NCBI RefSeq assembly: GCF_006345805.1
Contig: NW_021834254.1
Coordinates: 1 to 50,668, forward strand
Direction: 5' to 3'
Source of the DNA: Octopus sinensis
Taxonomy: Eukaryota
Length of the DNA: 50,668 nt
Positions within the stretch are counted from its first letter, which is position 1. The number at the start of each line of letters is the position of its first letter. Made by a program: the position numbers and the translations under genes. Shown here in pieces: positions 9,068-22,469 of this stretch. The notes beneath the pieces were generated by a model. It was not told the origin of the DNA, did no database searches, and saw only the letters and a list, made by a program, of their open reading frames with translations.

Positions 9068-12000
9068 GTATAACTTAAATCTTTCATTATCTTGATATCT
9101 TTAGCTAAAATAGCATAAATAAAACTCTTGAAATAGTATCTCCACCTTTTGCTTCCTTTTACATGACTAAAATTGATCTAAGAGTCTGAAAATACATAAT
9201 CAAATTGAAAAAAAAAACTGCAACATGCAACAACAACACAAGGAATCTACAACATTGAACCCTTTATTTGCAATATTACCTAATCAGCACAAAGTCATAG
9301 CTAATACTTACATTTAGTGTTGGATGGTGAATTAGCAGTATCTGGAGAGTTTTATATATATATAGTTTTTGTCATGTAACATTCTCTCTCATCTGACTAG
9401 AGTTGATAAAAAAAGATATCAGGTATATATTTTGTGACTAAGTCAGTCTCAACTGCAAAAATTTGCTGAATCTATTCAAAAAGACTCAATGTTTATATTT
9501 GATGTATAGCAGCCTGTTGCTGTTTAGCCCTAGATCTGCCTTGATAGAGCAGATGTATGATCTCAAGCTTTCTAACCATGCTTTTCACATTTATTACGTG
9601 ACCGGATCAAGGTCTATATTAGCCATTCTGCTCCTTCTATTTTGCAAGATGATAGTTTGTGATTTGGTGAAGGTTTAGCTCTTATTCATTATAGGATGGA
9701 GTAAAAGGAGTAAAGACCCCTTTCAGTCTTGAATGACCATGGAAGTGCACCTAGAAAGTTCCCCTCTGATGCATGAGTCTGGGCAAGGTTCTTTATGGAA
9801 GCAGTCGCCCATGCATACCAACCTCCCCTTTCCATGCCACTGATGTTATCTAAGGGAAAGGCAAATGCTAATACAGCTTGGCACCAGTGACGTTACAACT
9901 CATTTCTACAGATGAGTGAACTGGAGAAATGTGAATTAAAGTGTCTTATTCAAGAACGCAACACACAGCACGGTTCAGGATTTGAGCTGACTGTCTCATG
10001 GTTGTGAGGTAATAAAAACAAGTGTAAAATATGTTAACTGGAGGTGTTCATAGCTACTCTAGAAAAAAATTCCAAGTGAAAACAATAAGGAGAATATTTA
10101 GAAATACTGTCTATTAAGTTGTGGCCAAATTAAATAATTTCTTTGTTACTTAACCCTAAAATCCTGTTATTGCTGTGCAACTTTCTTGGTAAACTTTTTT
10201 TTATTCACTGCCTGCAAATTCCATTGAAATCATTTTTTGAAACAATAGCTATGCTTTCTGGAACTTTGCCAAAGTGTGTTGCAGATTGTGCTGTGTGTTG
10301 CCTTAACACAAACCTGGTTTGGTCACTGAATCTCTACTGAAGCAAAAATTGTGTATTATCTAATTGGTAGTTGTGGTTATGCTGTAGTGGTGGTTGCAGT
10401 AGTTGTTGTGGTGTTGATAACAAGAGTAATTAGTGTTGATGTTTATCTCCAGTCACTCTTGATAGAGTATCATATTGTTCAACTCTTTCAGTGAATCAGA
10501 AAGTTTTTAATCTCCAAACCTATGTTCTCATGTAGCTCCTTCTCACAATGTAACAAAATAGTCTAAATGTTGCTGGTTGGCCTGCTAGAAATAGGACCAA
10601 AATACCCCTCAAAAAATCATCCTACAGTCTTTAAAAAGGGACACATTGGATGGTGTTGTTAGGATAAAACTGAAAGATGGGATGTTCATTCCTGGAATAC
10701 ATTGATTATCGGTCTAATCAGTCAGGGTTAAATTGGAGTTATACATCAGCTTTCTCCAGTTAAAGCTCTTGAGAAAAAAATATTTTTAGAGCAAGTTTTA
10801 CCTTAAAATTTAGATTATCCTTCACACACAGAGGTGGAGTCAATGACTGGATAAAGTAGCTACTAACAAATAGGTCATATATTGAAATCTTCTGCATATC
10901 ATTCATTAACAGAATGCATTCAAGATGTTTGGTTGCTATTTCTAGCGAATCGAATGGTCATAGAGAGGCTCTTTCATTAGCTCAACAGGGCACTTTGTAG
11001 TTTAAATGATAGCATATTCCTCAGGGACTTGTTTTGTTGTCTTTATTGACACAACTCTTTACTCCTCAGTTTGTCTGTCAGAATTAAGTACCATATCTTT
11101 TGAAATTGTTAGCTACAATAGACTATTGTCTTGTCTTGAGTGATTTATCTTTTGGCTGCTTCACACTATGAAATCAGAGTATCAACAATCTTAAAATCCT
11201 TTCAAGAGTTAGGTAGATTTCTTTTTATTTTTTATTTAATTATTCACATATAACTGTTGTTTGTAAATACATATACAACTTGCAATGTGGGCTGTTCCCC
11301 TCAATATTTGCTGAGCAGAAATTGCCATTATTTTGGTACTTTCTCAGTGTCAGTTCTTCCAGCTGTCATGAGCAGCAGTAATACTATATGAGGGAACATC
11401 CAGATTTTTTGCCCACATAACACACTTTTTTCCTCTTGTTACTCATGCAGCTTCCAGACCATATGAAGGCCAGCTGCACCCACATAGACTATGCAGGAGC
11501 TATTTTGTTTTATTACTTACTAAGGCTTTACTCTTTTTCTTTTTAGCTGTGATCATTATCTCACATGTTGCTCCATTTTCCATACTGATATGAGTTTGAC
11601 AGCTTCACAGGATCTGGTGAGCTACAGGACCGTGTTGAGTTCCAATGTCAGCTTTGGTATTGTTTCTGCAGCTGGATGACCTTCCTAATGCCAACCACTT
11701 TACAGAGTACTTTGTGTGCTTTTCACTTTTTGGGCCTCTGGCATTGGTGAGGTTGCCAAGTAACTTGAAAGACAATTTAAGAACAAGAAAAAAGAAAAAG
11801 CACCCCTTGACTAAATGGAGGTGTGGTATTTGAAAGAGGAAGGAGGGGCAATGGTTCTATGCCAGGAAAGACCATCCCAGCTTTTATGATATTGATGTAA
11901 AAGTCTGCTTATGATCCTAATCAGATTCACATACATATGTACACATGCGCACACACCAAACTTTTCACTAGAAAGCAAATAAATCTATTACTTTTGTTTT

Positions 12001-12070
12001 TTTTTTCACTTAAGTATTTAAGGTAAATATTTACATTCTATATTTTCATTGTTATAATTTCTTTTCATAG

Positions 12071-12222
12071 GCAATGTTTAGATAAAGGGATTAACGGAAA
12101 CTGCCCTATTTGCCGTCTACCATTTGATGCTAAAGATGTGAAAGACCAACTACTTGTATGTAATTTAGTTGACTTGTGTAAGCAGCTCGGAGAAATTGTT
12201 TACAATCCAACTGCAGTATCAA
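12071..12222 (+). CDS. BARD1: BARD1 RING-finger exon (equivalent to exon 3), 152 nt, phase 2/1: QCLDKGINGNCPICRLPFDAKDVKDQLLVCNLVDLCKQLGEIVYNPTAVS
   Basis: Acceptor ttcttttcatAG, donor GTGAGT. Completes the C3HC4 RING and following helix (human [38 protein letters not shown]). Splices in frame to both neighbours. Confidence 0.88.
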
Positions 12223-12699
12223 GTGAGTTTTTTTTTTTGTATCTAAATTAGTCTTATGGATTTACTGTCACGTAATCACTGTAGTGATGTACAATTCTAG
12301 TTTTTAAACTATTTTTAGTACATTGACATTGCTTTATAAATTTTTTTTACTTCATTAACTATTTTTACTAAATTATTGTAAATTGTTTTCACAACATTGA
12401 TATAAAGATCTGTTTTACAACTGATTTTACTCCATTGGGGCAAAAGCTTGCTTTTTGGACTATTTGTACCACATTGTTGTGGAAATCTCCATGATAAAGT
12501 TCTTTTACTAAATTGGTAAGCAGGTTTATTTTTTTAAGCTGGTTTTACTACATTGGTGCAATGGCCTGCTTTTTTTGTTTTTATTACATTGATGTGAGGG
12601 TATCTTTTGTAAGCTAATTTTTCTATATTGGTACAGCAGTTTCTTTTTGAACTTGTTTTCACTATATGGTGTGTGTGTGGTTTTTATGATGATGATGAT

Positions 12700-13090
12700 C
12701 ATCATCGTTTAATGTCCTCTTTCCATGCTAGCATGGGTTGGACGATTTGACTGAGGACTGGCGAACCAGATGGCTGCACCAGGCTCCAATCTTGATCCTG
12801 CAGAATTTCTACAGCTTGATGCCCTTTCTAATGCCAACCACTCTGAGAGTGTAGTGGATACTTTTACTTACCACTGGCATGAGGGCCAGTCAGGCGGTAC
12901 TGGCAATGGCCATGCTCAAATGGTACTTGCCACCTGCACAGGAGCCAGTCCAGCAGCACTTGCAACAACATCGCTCAAATGTTTTTTCATGTGCCAGTAA
13001 GGCAACGCTGGTAACGATCACGCTCGAATGGTGCTTTTTACGTGCCACCAGCACGGAAGCCAGTTGGCTGCTCTGGTAATGATCATGCTT
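12700..13090 (-). mobile_element. RTE LINE 3'-UTR fragment
   Basis: (CAT)n-CGTTTAATGTCC..TTCCATGCTAGCATGGGTTGGACG matches the 3' end of the long RTE at 41049; carries diverged minisatellite units. Confidence 0.75.
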
Positions 13091-13864
13091 GATGTAAATG
13101 TATATTTCTAAAGTACCTTTTTACTATATTTCTAAAAGACTTACAAATTGTTTTCACTGCACTGTTTTTTTTTTACATCATATAGTTATGTTTGTTACCT
13201 GTTAACTGTTTTTATGAAACTGATGGGATTATCAAAATTTTCTAAACTATTTACTAGTTAGAAGCTACTGTATCATTACTTCTGACATTATTATGCCAAA
13301 CTGAAATAATTATCCCTTTAGCATTTAAACCAGCCATATCTGGCCTAAATATTCTGCCTATTTTATGTTCAAATTGATTGTATCTAATCTCTCACACTTA
13401 CCTCCAGCATCTTGAGATCAACCTTCACTACTTCATCCCATATCTTCCTGGGCCTCCCTCTTCTGCAAGTTGCATCCACTTTAAGCAATCGGCACTTTAT
13501 AAGTATTAATATCAGTGAATGGACAAATGAAAGAAAAAGGCACTCAACACATTAAGTTGGAGTTACATGTATTATTATTTAAAACAGTTTGATTCAGCTC
13601 CATGTGACATAAAATTTTACAAGGCTTCTTACAGAAACCTAGCTTCTTCAGTCTTAGATTACTGAATGAAGAAATACAGGGAATGGGGCTGCTATTGGTT
13701 AAGGCAGGTCATGTGGTGTTGTTTGAAGTGAGATTGAAATTTCAGCAACAGCAGATACATAAGAAAGGAGATGTTCCTGGACTGCATGGCTGGATAAGAA
13801 GCTGGTGGCACCTTGGTGTCTGGCAGGCCTTTGAAGGGACTTTGAAGCTAACAGAAGGAAGGCC

Positions 13865-13907
<43 letters not shown>

Positions 13908-13985
13908 GGTCCCGGGTTGATTCGGGGTTAACCACAGTAAATAAGGTACTCAATACATAGCAGAGTAAAATTAATTTATTATATA

Positions 13986-14075
13986 GAAGGAGCTTCTACA
14001 GGACTAGAACTGTTTCATTCAAGAGAAATCGATTTCTCTTGAATGAAACAGTTCTAGTCCTGTAGAAGCTCCTTC
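13986..14075. repeat. Perfect 90-bp palindrome with no spacer
   Basis: 45-bp arms checked base by base, centred on ATCGAT (14030/14031). Confidence 0.95.
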
Positions 14076-14293
14076 ATCATCATCATCATCATCGTTTAAC
14101 GTTCGTTTTCCGCGCTAGCACAGGTTGGACGGTTTCGACCGGAGTCTGGGGAGCAAGGGACTGCCCCAGGCTCCAGTCTAGTCTGGCAGAGTTTCTACAG
14201 CTGGATGCCCTTCCTAACGCCAACCACTCCGCGAGTGTAGTGGGTGTTTTTTACGTGCCACCTGCACAGGTGCCAGAGGGGTCTGGCATCGGC

Positions 14294-14296
<3 letters not shown>
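14076..14296 (-). mobile_element. RTE LINE 3'-end fragment
   Basis: (ATC)n tail plus CGTTTAACGTTCG..GCTAGCACAGGTTGGACGG, CAGCTGGATGCCCTTCCTAACGCCAACCACTCC shared with 41049-41215. Confidence 0.75.
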
Positions 14297-14373
<77 letters not shown>

Positions 14374-14689
14374 GTGAGTGAGTGAGAGTGTGTGTGTACC
14401 AGATCTAGCCATCTTGGACTGTATTTCTCTATTTGATAATTTGAGCTTGAATGAAATATATAAAGGCATGGAGGGAGAGTGGAGAGGCCTGCAGTAAGTG
14501 GTAGGAGTGGTAGTTTGTAGGGCAATTTTGCCAGAAGACAGAATTATGTATGTGTGGGGGTGTTAGGAGAAGGTGGAGTGTGGTAGTAAAGATGTGCTTG
14601 TATGTATAGATGGCTATGATTTTACCTAGCTAGATATCTTTTCACAACCACAGCAAATCAACAGAAGTCTTTGTCTCTTGTCATCTCCT

Positions 14690-15410
14690 CTGTGAGTTTT
14701 AGCATCTCGGTATCATTTCTCCTTACTTCATTCCATGTCTTCCTGGGTCTACCCCTTCCACAAGTTCCCTACACAATTAAAAGATCATAATTTCCTTATG
14801 CAGCTGTCCTTATCCATATGCTACATATGACCATACCAGTGTGGTCTTCTCTCTCGCACACTACCTCTTTTACCCAATTTTTGTCTTAAATAATTTATAC
14901 TCTATTGTATATGCACACTGACATTATCCATCCAGCAGAGTGTGCTGGCTTCATTTCTTTCAAGCCATCACATATCCTCTATATTCACAGTCCATGTTTC
15001 ACTACCATGTAGTACAGCTGTCCATATACAAGCATCATACAATCTGCCTTTTATAATCAATGGGAGGGTCTTTGTTACCAACAAAGATAGTAGCTCTCTG
15101 AACTTTGCCCAGCTCATTCTTATTCTAGCATCTATGCTTTCAGAGTTTCCTCCTCCACTGCTAACTTGGTCACCTAGGTAATGGAAACTATCTATTACTC
15201 TTAAGGATTCCCCGGATATTTGAGAACCTATTATCTGTACATTCCTAGAGTTTATTATACCTACACGTCTTCCACACAAAAAGACTAATTTATCTGTTAA
15301 CCTTCCTGTAATACCACTGCACCACTTATGTGTCCATAGCATGCACTGGGTACACCTTTTCTGCGTATCAAGCAGAGCCATCTCTGAAGAGATTTGTAAT
15401 TTGTCCATTT
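14690..15410 (-). mobile_element. Decayed RTE ORF2 C-terminal fragment (PHD remnant + RT end)
   Basis: RCTQCMLWTHKWCSGITGRL, IDSFHYLGDQVSSGGG, GRLYDACIWTAVLHGSETW. Confidence 0.85.
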
Positions 15411-17589
15411 AGCTACTGTGTAAATGTAATTAACTGTTTCCCTTCCCTCAAATTTCTAACTTCTACCAATGTCAAAAATAACAACAACAACAATGATCAT
15501 AATAGTAATTGCAAATTTTGGCACAAGGCCAGCAAGTTCCAGAAGTTGATCACATTGACCCCAAAAGGATGAAAGGCAAAGTAGACTTCAACGAAATCTG
15601 AACTCAGAACGTAAGATACATGAAATACTGCTATACATTTTGCTTAATGTGTTAATGATTCTGCCAGTTCACAGCCTTAATAATGATAATAATAACTTAA
15701 AATAGGGAATTAATCAGAATTCAATATTAGTCATCAAATTATTTTAACAGATTACAAGAAGAAAATAAGTGACAGCATCCTTGTTCTGTTACATTGTTAC
15801 TCCGTTTCCTCTTTATAGTTGTACCTTCTCATATCTTCGTGCCATTACACACAATCAATATCTATGTGTGTGTTATTTACTGGTTCTATTCACTGATGCT
15901 AGCATGACTGAATTGTCGCACTTTCACCTGGATTCTTTCCAAATCAGTTGGTTTTCTTCCAGAACCTTGAAATAACTGCTTCCCTCATTTCCATTAATAC
16001 ATCACACCCTCAATGGTCCTACTCTCCATCCAGAATGCTTGTCTCTCCCTTTCTCATCATTCCTGTAACCTTGTGCCCTCCTTTAGCTAATCACTTTATA
16101 AAATTCTCCCGCTTCCAAAAAAAAAAAAACACTCAGAAACTTCTTATTTGCCCACATTTTTCCTGGAGACATTGACTGTATAAATTTTATATGTCTCTAA
16201 GTGCGTATGAAGGTTATGAGCACTGTCCCTTCCTTTTAATAGAACTTCACTTGTGTGTATATATACATACATAATTTTTGTATCTGTTTTTCTATGCTTG
16301 TTGAAGTTGAACAGATTTTCTCCATCTCAGCACCTCACCACCAGTTGCAGTTCTTTGTTGTCTCTTTAATCGGGTTCAGCCTCCCGAGCTCATCCTTCAC
16401 CACTTCCTCCATGTCTTCCTGTGTCTTTCTCCTCTGCAGGTTTCATTTTTTTCTTTTGGGATTGCTTACCACTTCACCCAGCAGTCATCCTTCATATTCA
16501 CCACTTGTCTAGTACCTTCTTTTGCACAATGCATTTAATGTTTTAGAACCAGTTATTATCTCAGCTCATTCGTGTTCTGTTTAGTAAATTATGCTTATCT
16601 CCTTTCTTTCTGTTTTTAGTATAATCTTTACAGTCAATACTATTTTACTATTGTACAACATTGCACTTCATACACAAATAATTTGCCTTTTAGTTGGAAA
16701 GAGAATCTTTTTGTTGTTTCCTCTTTGAGTAAAGTTGATAGTTCCTTCAGCTTTCTCTATCTTGTTCTTAGTCTGGCTACTTTGCTTTAAGAACACTGTT
16801 TAATGGGTCATCTTGGTAACAGGGTATCAACTACTTTCTGAGTACTTGAAAGAATTTATTTCTTGAGTGTTCTTACTGCTAACTACTCTCCTGCCTTTAC
16901 AACACACAAACCTTCCTGTGATCCTGTTGTGCTCCCATTATTCTCATTGGGTACACTGTACAGAATTCCTACCTACTCTTTTTTCTGCATATTCATGCAT
17001 GGCCACTTCTTAGATGGTAGTAAACTATTGTTTGCTGCCTTACTAAGTAAAATTTTTCACTTTGCTAGGGTTACTTTGAGACCGTTGTTTCTTATGTTTT
17101 GGTTCCACATTTCTAATTTTTTCTACAAACAGTTGGTGTTGAACTCTTCTTTAATGCTCTGGAGAGCTGTAATAAAGTTGCTAAGAACTAAACCTTGAGG
17201 GAACACCTTGAATCTAGTAAATTTCTTCCTGAACTCATTGTGAACTTGCTGATAGTATTACTGTACATGACTTGCATGATAGCTCTCACAAACTATTCAC
17301 ATATTTTTAATTTTCTTAGCAACCATTACATTTTTGGTGTCCCTGTCAGAAGTCTGCTATAGGTCATATATAGAATCTTAACCTTAATCCTAATTAGTTG
17401 TGCTATGACCCTTTATTACTTTGTAATGCAATTCATCATTTTTTATGCATCTGTATTTGCTTCTTTCTCAAGCATCTCTTTGCCCTTGTAGCACTTGATG
17501 AAGGTATTATGTCAGTCATTGAGTATGACACCTCTCCATGCTTAATGAATGTCTGTACAGTTGATTAGCTGATACCATGGTTCACCAGA

Positions 17590-18890
17590 TATTTTCAGTA
17601 TTCTCTGATTTCACACGTTCAGTTGGTGCTTTTTATGTGCCACCGGCACAGAAGCCAGTCAAGGCAGCACTGGCATCGGCCACGTTCGAATGGTGCTTTT
17701 TACATGCCACCGGCACAGGTATCACAACTACTATTTCCATTTGATATTTATTTCGATGTTCATGTACTCGACTCAATAGGTCTCCTCAAGCACAGCAGGT
17801 TGTTCTGAAATCCAAGGTACTTTGAATGGGCTGGGGCTGTGCGGAACTGGTGCAGGAAGCAGCCTGGGTCTTTGCAGTCACAGCATATCTCCAGAGATCT
17901 CGGTCCTTCGTCATTATCTCTGTGAGGCCCAATGCTCTGAGGTCATTCTTGACCACCTCATCCCATGTCTTCCTGGGTCTACCTCTCCCCCTGATACCTT
18001 CAACTGTTTGGGAGCGGCACTTCTTCACACATCTCTCCTCATCCATCCGCAGTACATGACCATACCATCGCAAGCGTCGCTCTTGCACACCACATCTGAT
18101 GCTTCTTATGCCCAGCATTTCTCTCAGGGTGCTTACACTCTGTCGTGAGTGCACACTAGACATTACACATCCAGCGGATCATGTTAGCTTCATTTCTTTC
18201 AAGTCTACACATGTCCTCTGCAGTCACAGCCGATGTTTCACTACCGTGAAGCATGGCGGTTCGCACACATGCATCATACAATCTACCTTTCGTTCTGAGC
18301 GAGAGACCCTTTGTCGCCAATAGGGGTAGGAGCTTTCTAAACTTTGCCTAGGCTATTCATATTCTAGTGGTGACACTCTCTGAGCATCCACCTCCACTAC
18401 TAACTTGGTCACCTAGGTAGCAGAAACTATCAATTACTTCTAGTTTCTCCCCCTGGAGTGTGATGGAATCTGTTTTCTGAGTATCTGTGGTGTCTATTGT
18501 CCCTGTGCATCTGCTACACATGAAAGCTATCTTAACAGTTAATTTCCCTTTGATGTTGCTGCACCTCTTATGCATCCATAGCTTACACTGGGTACCTCTT
18601 ATGGAGTTTCTACCTACACCTTCCCTACAGATCGAGCAGGGCCACCTGCTCGAGGGTGTGTGTGATGAGTTCGCTTTTCTGTTTACTATAACTTTGGTCT
18701 TTGCTACATTTACTCTAAGGCCCTTTGATTCTAAACCTTGCGTCCACACCCGAAATTTCTTTTCTAGTTCTGGTAGTGATTCTGCTATGAGACCAGGTCA
18801 TCAGCATAGAGGAGCTCCCAGGGGCAACCTGTTTTGAATTCCTATGTTATTGCCTGGAGGACTATGATGAATAAAAGGGGACTGAGGGCT
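17590..18890 (-). mobile_element. 5'-truncated RTE LINE (RT end, PHD insert, C-terminus, partial 3' UTR)
   Basis: WPCSICREGVGRNSIRGTQCKLWMHKRC, FCYLGDQVSSGGG, ERRLRWYGHVLRM, GRPRKTWDEVVKNDL; frameshifted. Confidence 0.9.
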
Positions 18891-19975
18891 GAACCTCTAC
18901 ATACAAAAATATATATTCACTCTTGTCTGGATTTATTTGCACATACAAATATACATTCATTGATATATTTAAATTTATGCTTCTACACACACACACATAA
19001 ACATATCAACACACACACACACAACATTCATGTCCAGATATGTATACGTAGACTTACATACAAATTCACTATTTTTAAAATTTGAACATCCCTATGCTAA
19101 TTCAGTTGACTGTGTCTTTCCCTTTTGCATTTGAGACGTACCAATATATGAAAGTATTGCTAAAAATAACTAGAATTTGAGAAATGTAACAATGATCTGT
19201 GGTGGCAGAAAACACATTTAACACTTTAACATTCAGATTACTTTATTAAATGTAATTCTTATTCATTCACATGTTTTGAATTTATCATACATTATCTTGT
19301 AGCTTTGAGATTTCAATGATGTGATTATTTATTTTTGAATGACATTGTAGGCCAGGTGTAAGAAACCTGATACAGCCAGTTTGATTATAAAGCAGGTAGA
19401 ATATTTGGGCCCGATACAACCAGTTTGAATACTGAAGGGTTAAGGAAATTTGTGAATTATGACTTTTTATTTTATATCATTTTATCTTATTCTGTGAATT
19501 TTATGAAATTCTTATTTTGGTAATGAGTAGAGAGATTGCTAGAGTATCAAGGACAATGCCTTGTGGTATTGAGTTGCTTCTTTCTACATGTTAAGTTCAA
19601 ATCTCACAGGACTCAATGTTTGTTCTACATTCCTCTGATGTTAAGCGTCATATTGGTTCTAATTCAGCTGACTTATGAAAAGTATTCCAGCTATGATCAT
19701 CATGCTTATCTATTGTTCATGTAGGTAATGTGTAACTTAGCACTACATTACTCAAAATCCTCCATTTTTTAAGATAGTTTGGTGTGATTTGTGGTTAAAT
19801 TTGGATGCTATTTCAAGGATTTACAGGTTGTCTCATAGACTCAGTTCTTCTGATGTTGTTAAAATGGGAATCAGTTATATACACATCTCTCACAGAAATC
19901 TGTTGTGTGTATGTCCCAGTGGAAAAGATTATTCTTTGTTTTTTAACATGAAATTCTTTGTTATTTATTATTTAG

Positions 19976-20505
19976 GTGATGATGATGATGATAATAATAC
20001 TAAAACTAGAGAAGACACTATTTATTCCTTGTCATCCAGAAGCACCAGTAACAAAAGTGAGGTCATCAAACCAATTTCTATCAAGTCCAGTGAGACTAGT
20101 GCTCTCAGCTTGTTTGCACATGAACTGGATAAGCAATCACAGGAAGCTATTTTTAATCAAACTCCAGAGAACTTACCACCAAAAAAACTGAGATCTTTGG
20201 AAAGAAAAAATATTTCCAAAGTTGCTAAGACAAGTTTTTTGCCAAATAAAAAACCTTGTATAACTAAGTATAAATCAAAATCCAGTTTGAAACATTTAAA
20301 CTTGCTTAATGTATCTGATTCATCTTTGAGATGTAGCTTCTCAAGATTCTCAAATAAAGGCCGTAAAAGGTCAGCACCAGCCCTTGTGAACTTAGCATCT
20401 CCAGAACCTAAATGGAAGTCACCACAGACAAAAAAAACCAGGTCTCCTGCCATTATGAAGAAAAATGCTAAAGGAGAGACTCCATTGCATGTTGCAGTGA
20501 TAAAG
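19976..20505 (+). CDS. BARD1: BARD1 exon (equivalent to exon 4), 530 nt, phase 1/0: S/K-rich linker ending in the first ankyrin repeat KKNAKGETPLHVAVIK
   Basis: Acceptor ttatttattatttAG, donor AAG|GTAAGA. In frame with the previous exon (A+GT = Ser). Ends at the same residue position as human exon 4 (NHRGETLLHIASIK|GD), from memory. Confidence 0.85.
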
Positions 20506-20716
20506 GTAAGACTTAAGATTTATTCACCCTATGTTAGTGTTTGTTTCTTACATTTTAAGAATTTTGTAGTTTATTTCCTCCTGTTTTATTTTCTTTAACA
20601 TGGGTGAAAAACACTGTTCAACTTCCAGTGTAAGGTAATATTCTCAAATGGATGTTAAAATTGTAATGATATTGATAATGTCAATAAGAACTTTGATGTT
20701 GCTAATATCTACTGGC

Positions 20717-20749
<33 letters not shown>

Positions 20750-20892
20750 TAATAACAATAATAATAATAATAATAACAATAATAATAATAATAACAATAA
20801 TAATAACATAATAATAATAATAATATAATAACAATAATAACAATAATAATAATAATAATAACAATAATAATAATAATAACAATAATAATAAC

Positions 20893-20924
<32 letters not shown>

Positions 20925-21066
20925 TAACAATAATAATAATAATAATAACAATAATAATAATAATAACAATAATAATAATAATAACAACAATAATAATAAT
21001 AACAATGATAATAATAACAATAATAATAATAACAATAACAACAACAACAATAATGATAATAATAAT
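20717..21066. repeat. (AAT)n/(AAC) trinucleotide microsatellite, ~350 bp
   Basis: Directly visible; explains the poly-L and poly-I ORFs. Confidence 0.95.
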
Positions 21067-21525
21067 GCCTTGATGCAGTACCAGGCAGTGGCTTTCATGG
21101 CTTCTCATCTTAACTGATTGGAAATGTTATGTACATTGTTATGTCTTGGTATAAAAGATGGGCTACAGCAAATATTCTGCTCAGTGCCACAGATTTGCTT
21201 GTCAGTTGTTTGACCTTAAATAATTGAGCATGTCTCTTAGTGGCTGATGATATGTGCATCTCTGATCACGAGCAGAAGTAGTGGGGGAACATCACAACCA
21301 TGTGTTGAGAGGAATTCTTTGGAGTTTGGCTAATTCACCTCTGGAAGCATGGGTGTTTTGTTCAACATCCTTAAATAACCCTTATTCAGGGACCGTTTGA
21401 GCGAAATGGGTTACATTATTTACATTTGACAGATATTTGTCCTCATCTTGTTCGTTAATGCAACGTTTTGGCTGATATACTGGGGTTCCACAGTGGTATT
21501 TTAGGGATCCATGAAAAAATTTTGT

Positions 21526-21938
21526 TTTACTCTTTACTCTTTACTCTTTTACTTGTTTCAGTCATTTGACTGCGGCCATGCTGGAGCACCGCCTTTAGTC
21601 GAGCAAATCGACCCCGGGACTTATTCTTTGTAAGCCCAGTATTTATTCTATCAGTTTCTTTTGCCGAACCGCTAAGTGACGGGGACGTAAACACACCAGC
21701 ATCGGTCGTCAAGCAATGCTAGAGGGACAAACACAGACACACAAACATATACACACATACATATATATATACATATATACGACAGGCTTCTTTCAGTTTC
21801 CGTCTACCAAATCCACTCACAAGGCTTTGGTCGCCCCGAGGCTATAGCAGAAGACACTTGCCCAAGATGCCACGCAGTGGGACTGAACCCGGAACCATGT
21901 GGTTGGTTAGCAAGCTACTTACCACACAGCCAGTCCTG
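21526..21938 (-). mobile_element. tRNA-related SINE (abundant octopus-type family), full length
   Basis: Reverse complement of the copy at 30449-30871; (AAAAGAGT)n tail, internal microsatellite. Confidence 0.85.
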
Positions 21939-21949
21939 TGCCTGGCTGT

Positions 21950-22174
21950 GATGCATTTATTTTAGATGCATTTATTGCAAGAAACAGCCAAGTTTTCTTT
22001 CTCTAACATTATACATGGTTCAAACTACACAAGTGAATGTGTGAAAACACAAAATAGGAATTGTGAAAGAAATATCTCTAAAATTAGTTTTTAAACAATG
22101 AATGGCAAAGGGGTCCACCAGAATAGAATAATAATCAAAGGGGTCCATAGGCAGAAAATGGTTGAGAACCACTG
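21950..22174. mobile_element. Right part of a hAT-type MITE; left part ~21480-21525, interrupted by the SINE
   Basis: Ends GGTTGAGAACCACTG (reverse complement of CAGTGGTTCTCAACC); homologous to 34162-34509. Confidence 0.65.
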
Positions 22175-22469
22175 GTATAGACTATCCCTTGTTAGTATTC
22201 CATTAGTCCCTTAATTCTTCACTTGTATCTGCAGTGTTAAGTATGATGGAATTGATAGCTAAGATCAACTTTGATACTGTCATCCCTAGCTACACTCCTA
22301 AATGTGATGAAGTCAAAGGTTTAGCTGCATAGAGTTAAGGTATGAAGTAAGTGAAAGAAGAGCAGTTTGATGTTTCTTGTTCTCTGACTCTTTCTATTAT
22401 TTTTCTTCTTTCAATATTTTCTACTTTTGTTTCTTTCTTTCAATCTCTTTCTTTAACTCTTCTCCTTCT

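Noticed and set aside
19789-20598. 269-aa single-exon gene
   Set aside because: The real coding part is the spliced exon 19976-20505; the flanks are intronic read-through.
20709-21108. Poly-Leu and poly-Ile membrane-like ORFs
   Set aside because: Reverse strand of the (AAT)n microsatellite.
21240-21290. CTGATGA as another hammerhead core (also 34523 minus, 37575, 13647 minus)
   Set aside because: No stem II followed by GAAA and an NUH triplet; some lie in mariner coding or TIR sequence.
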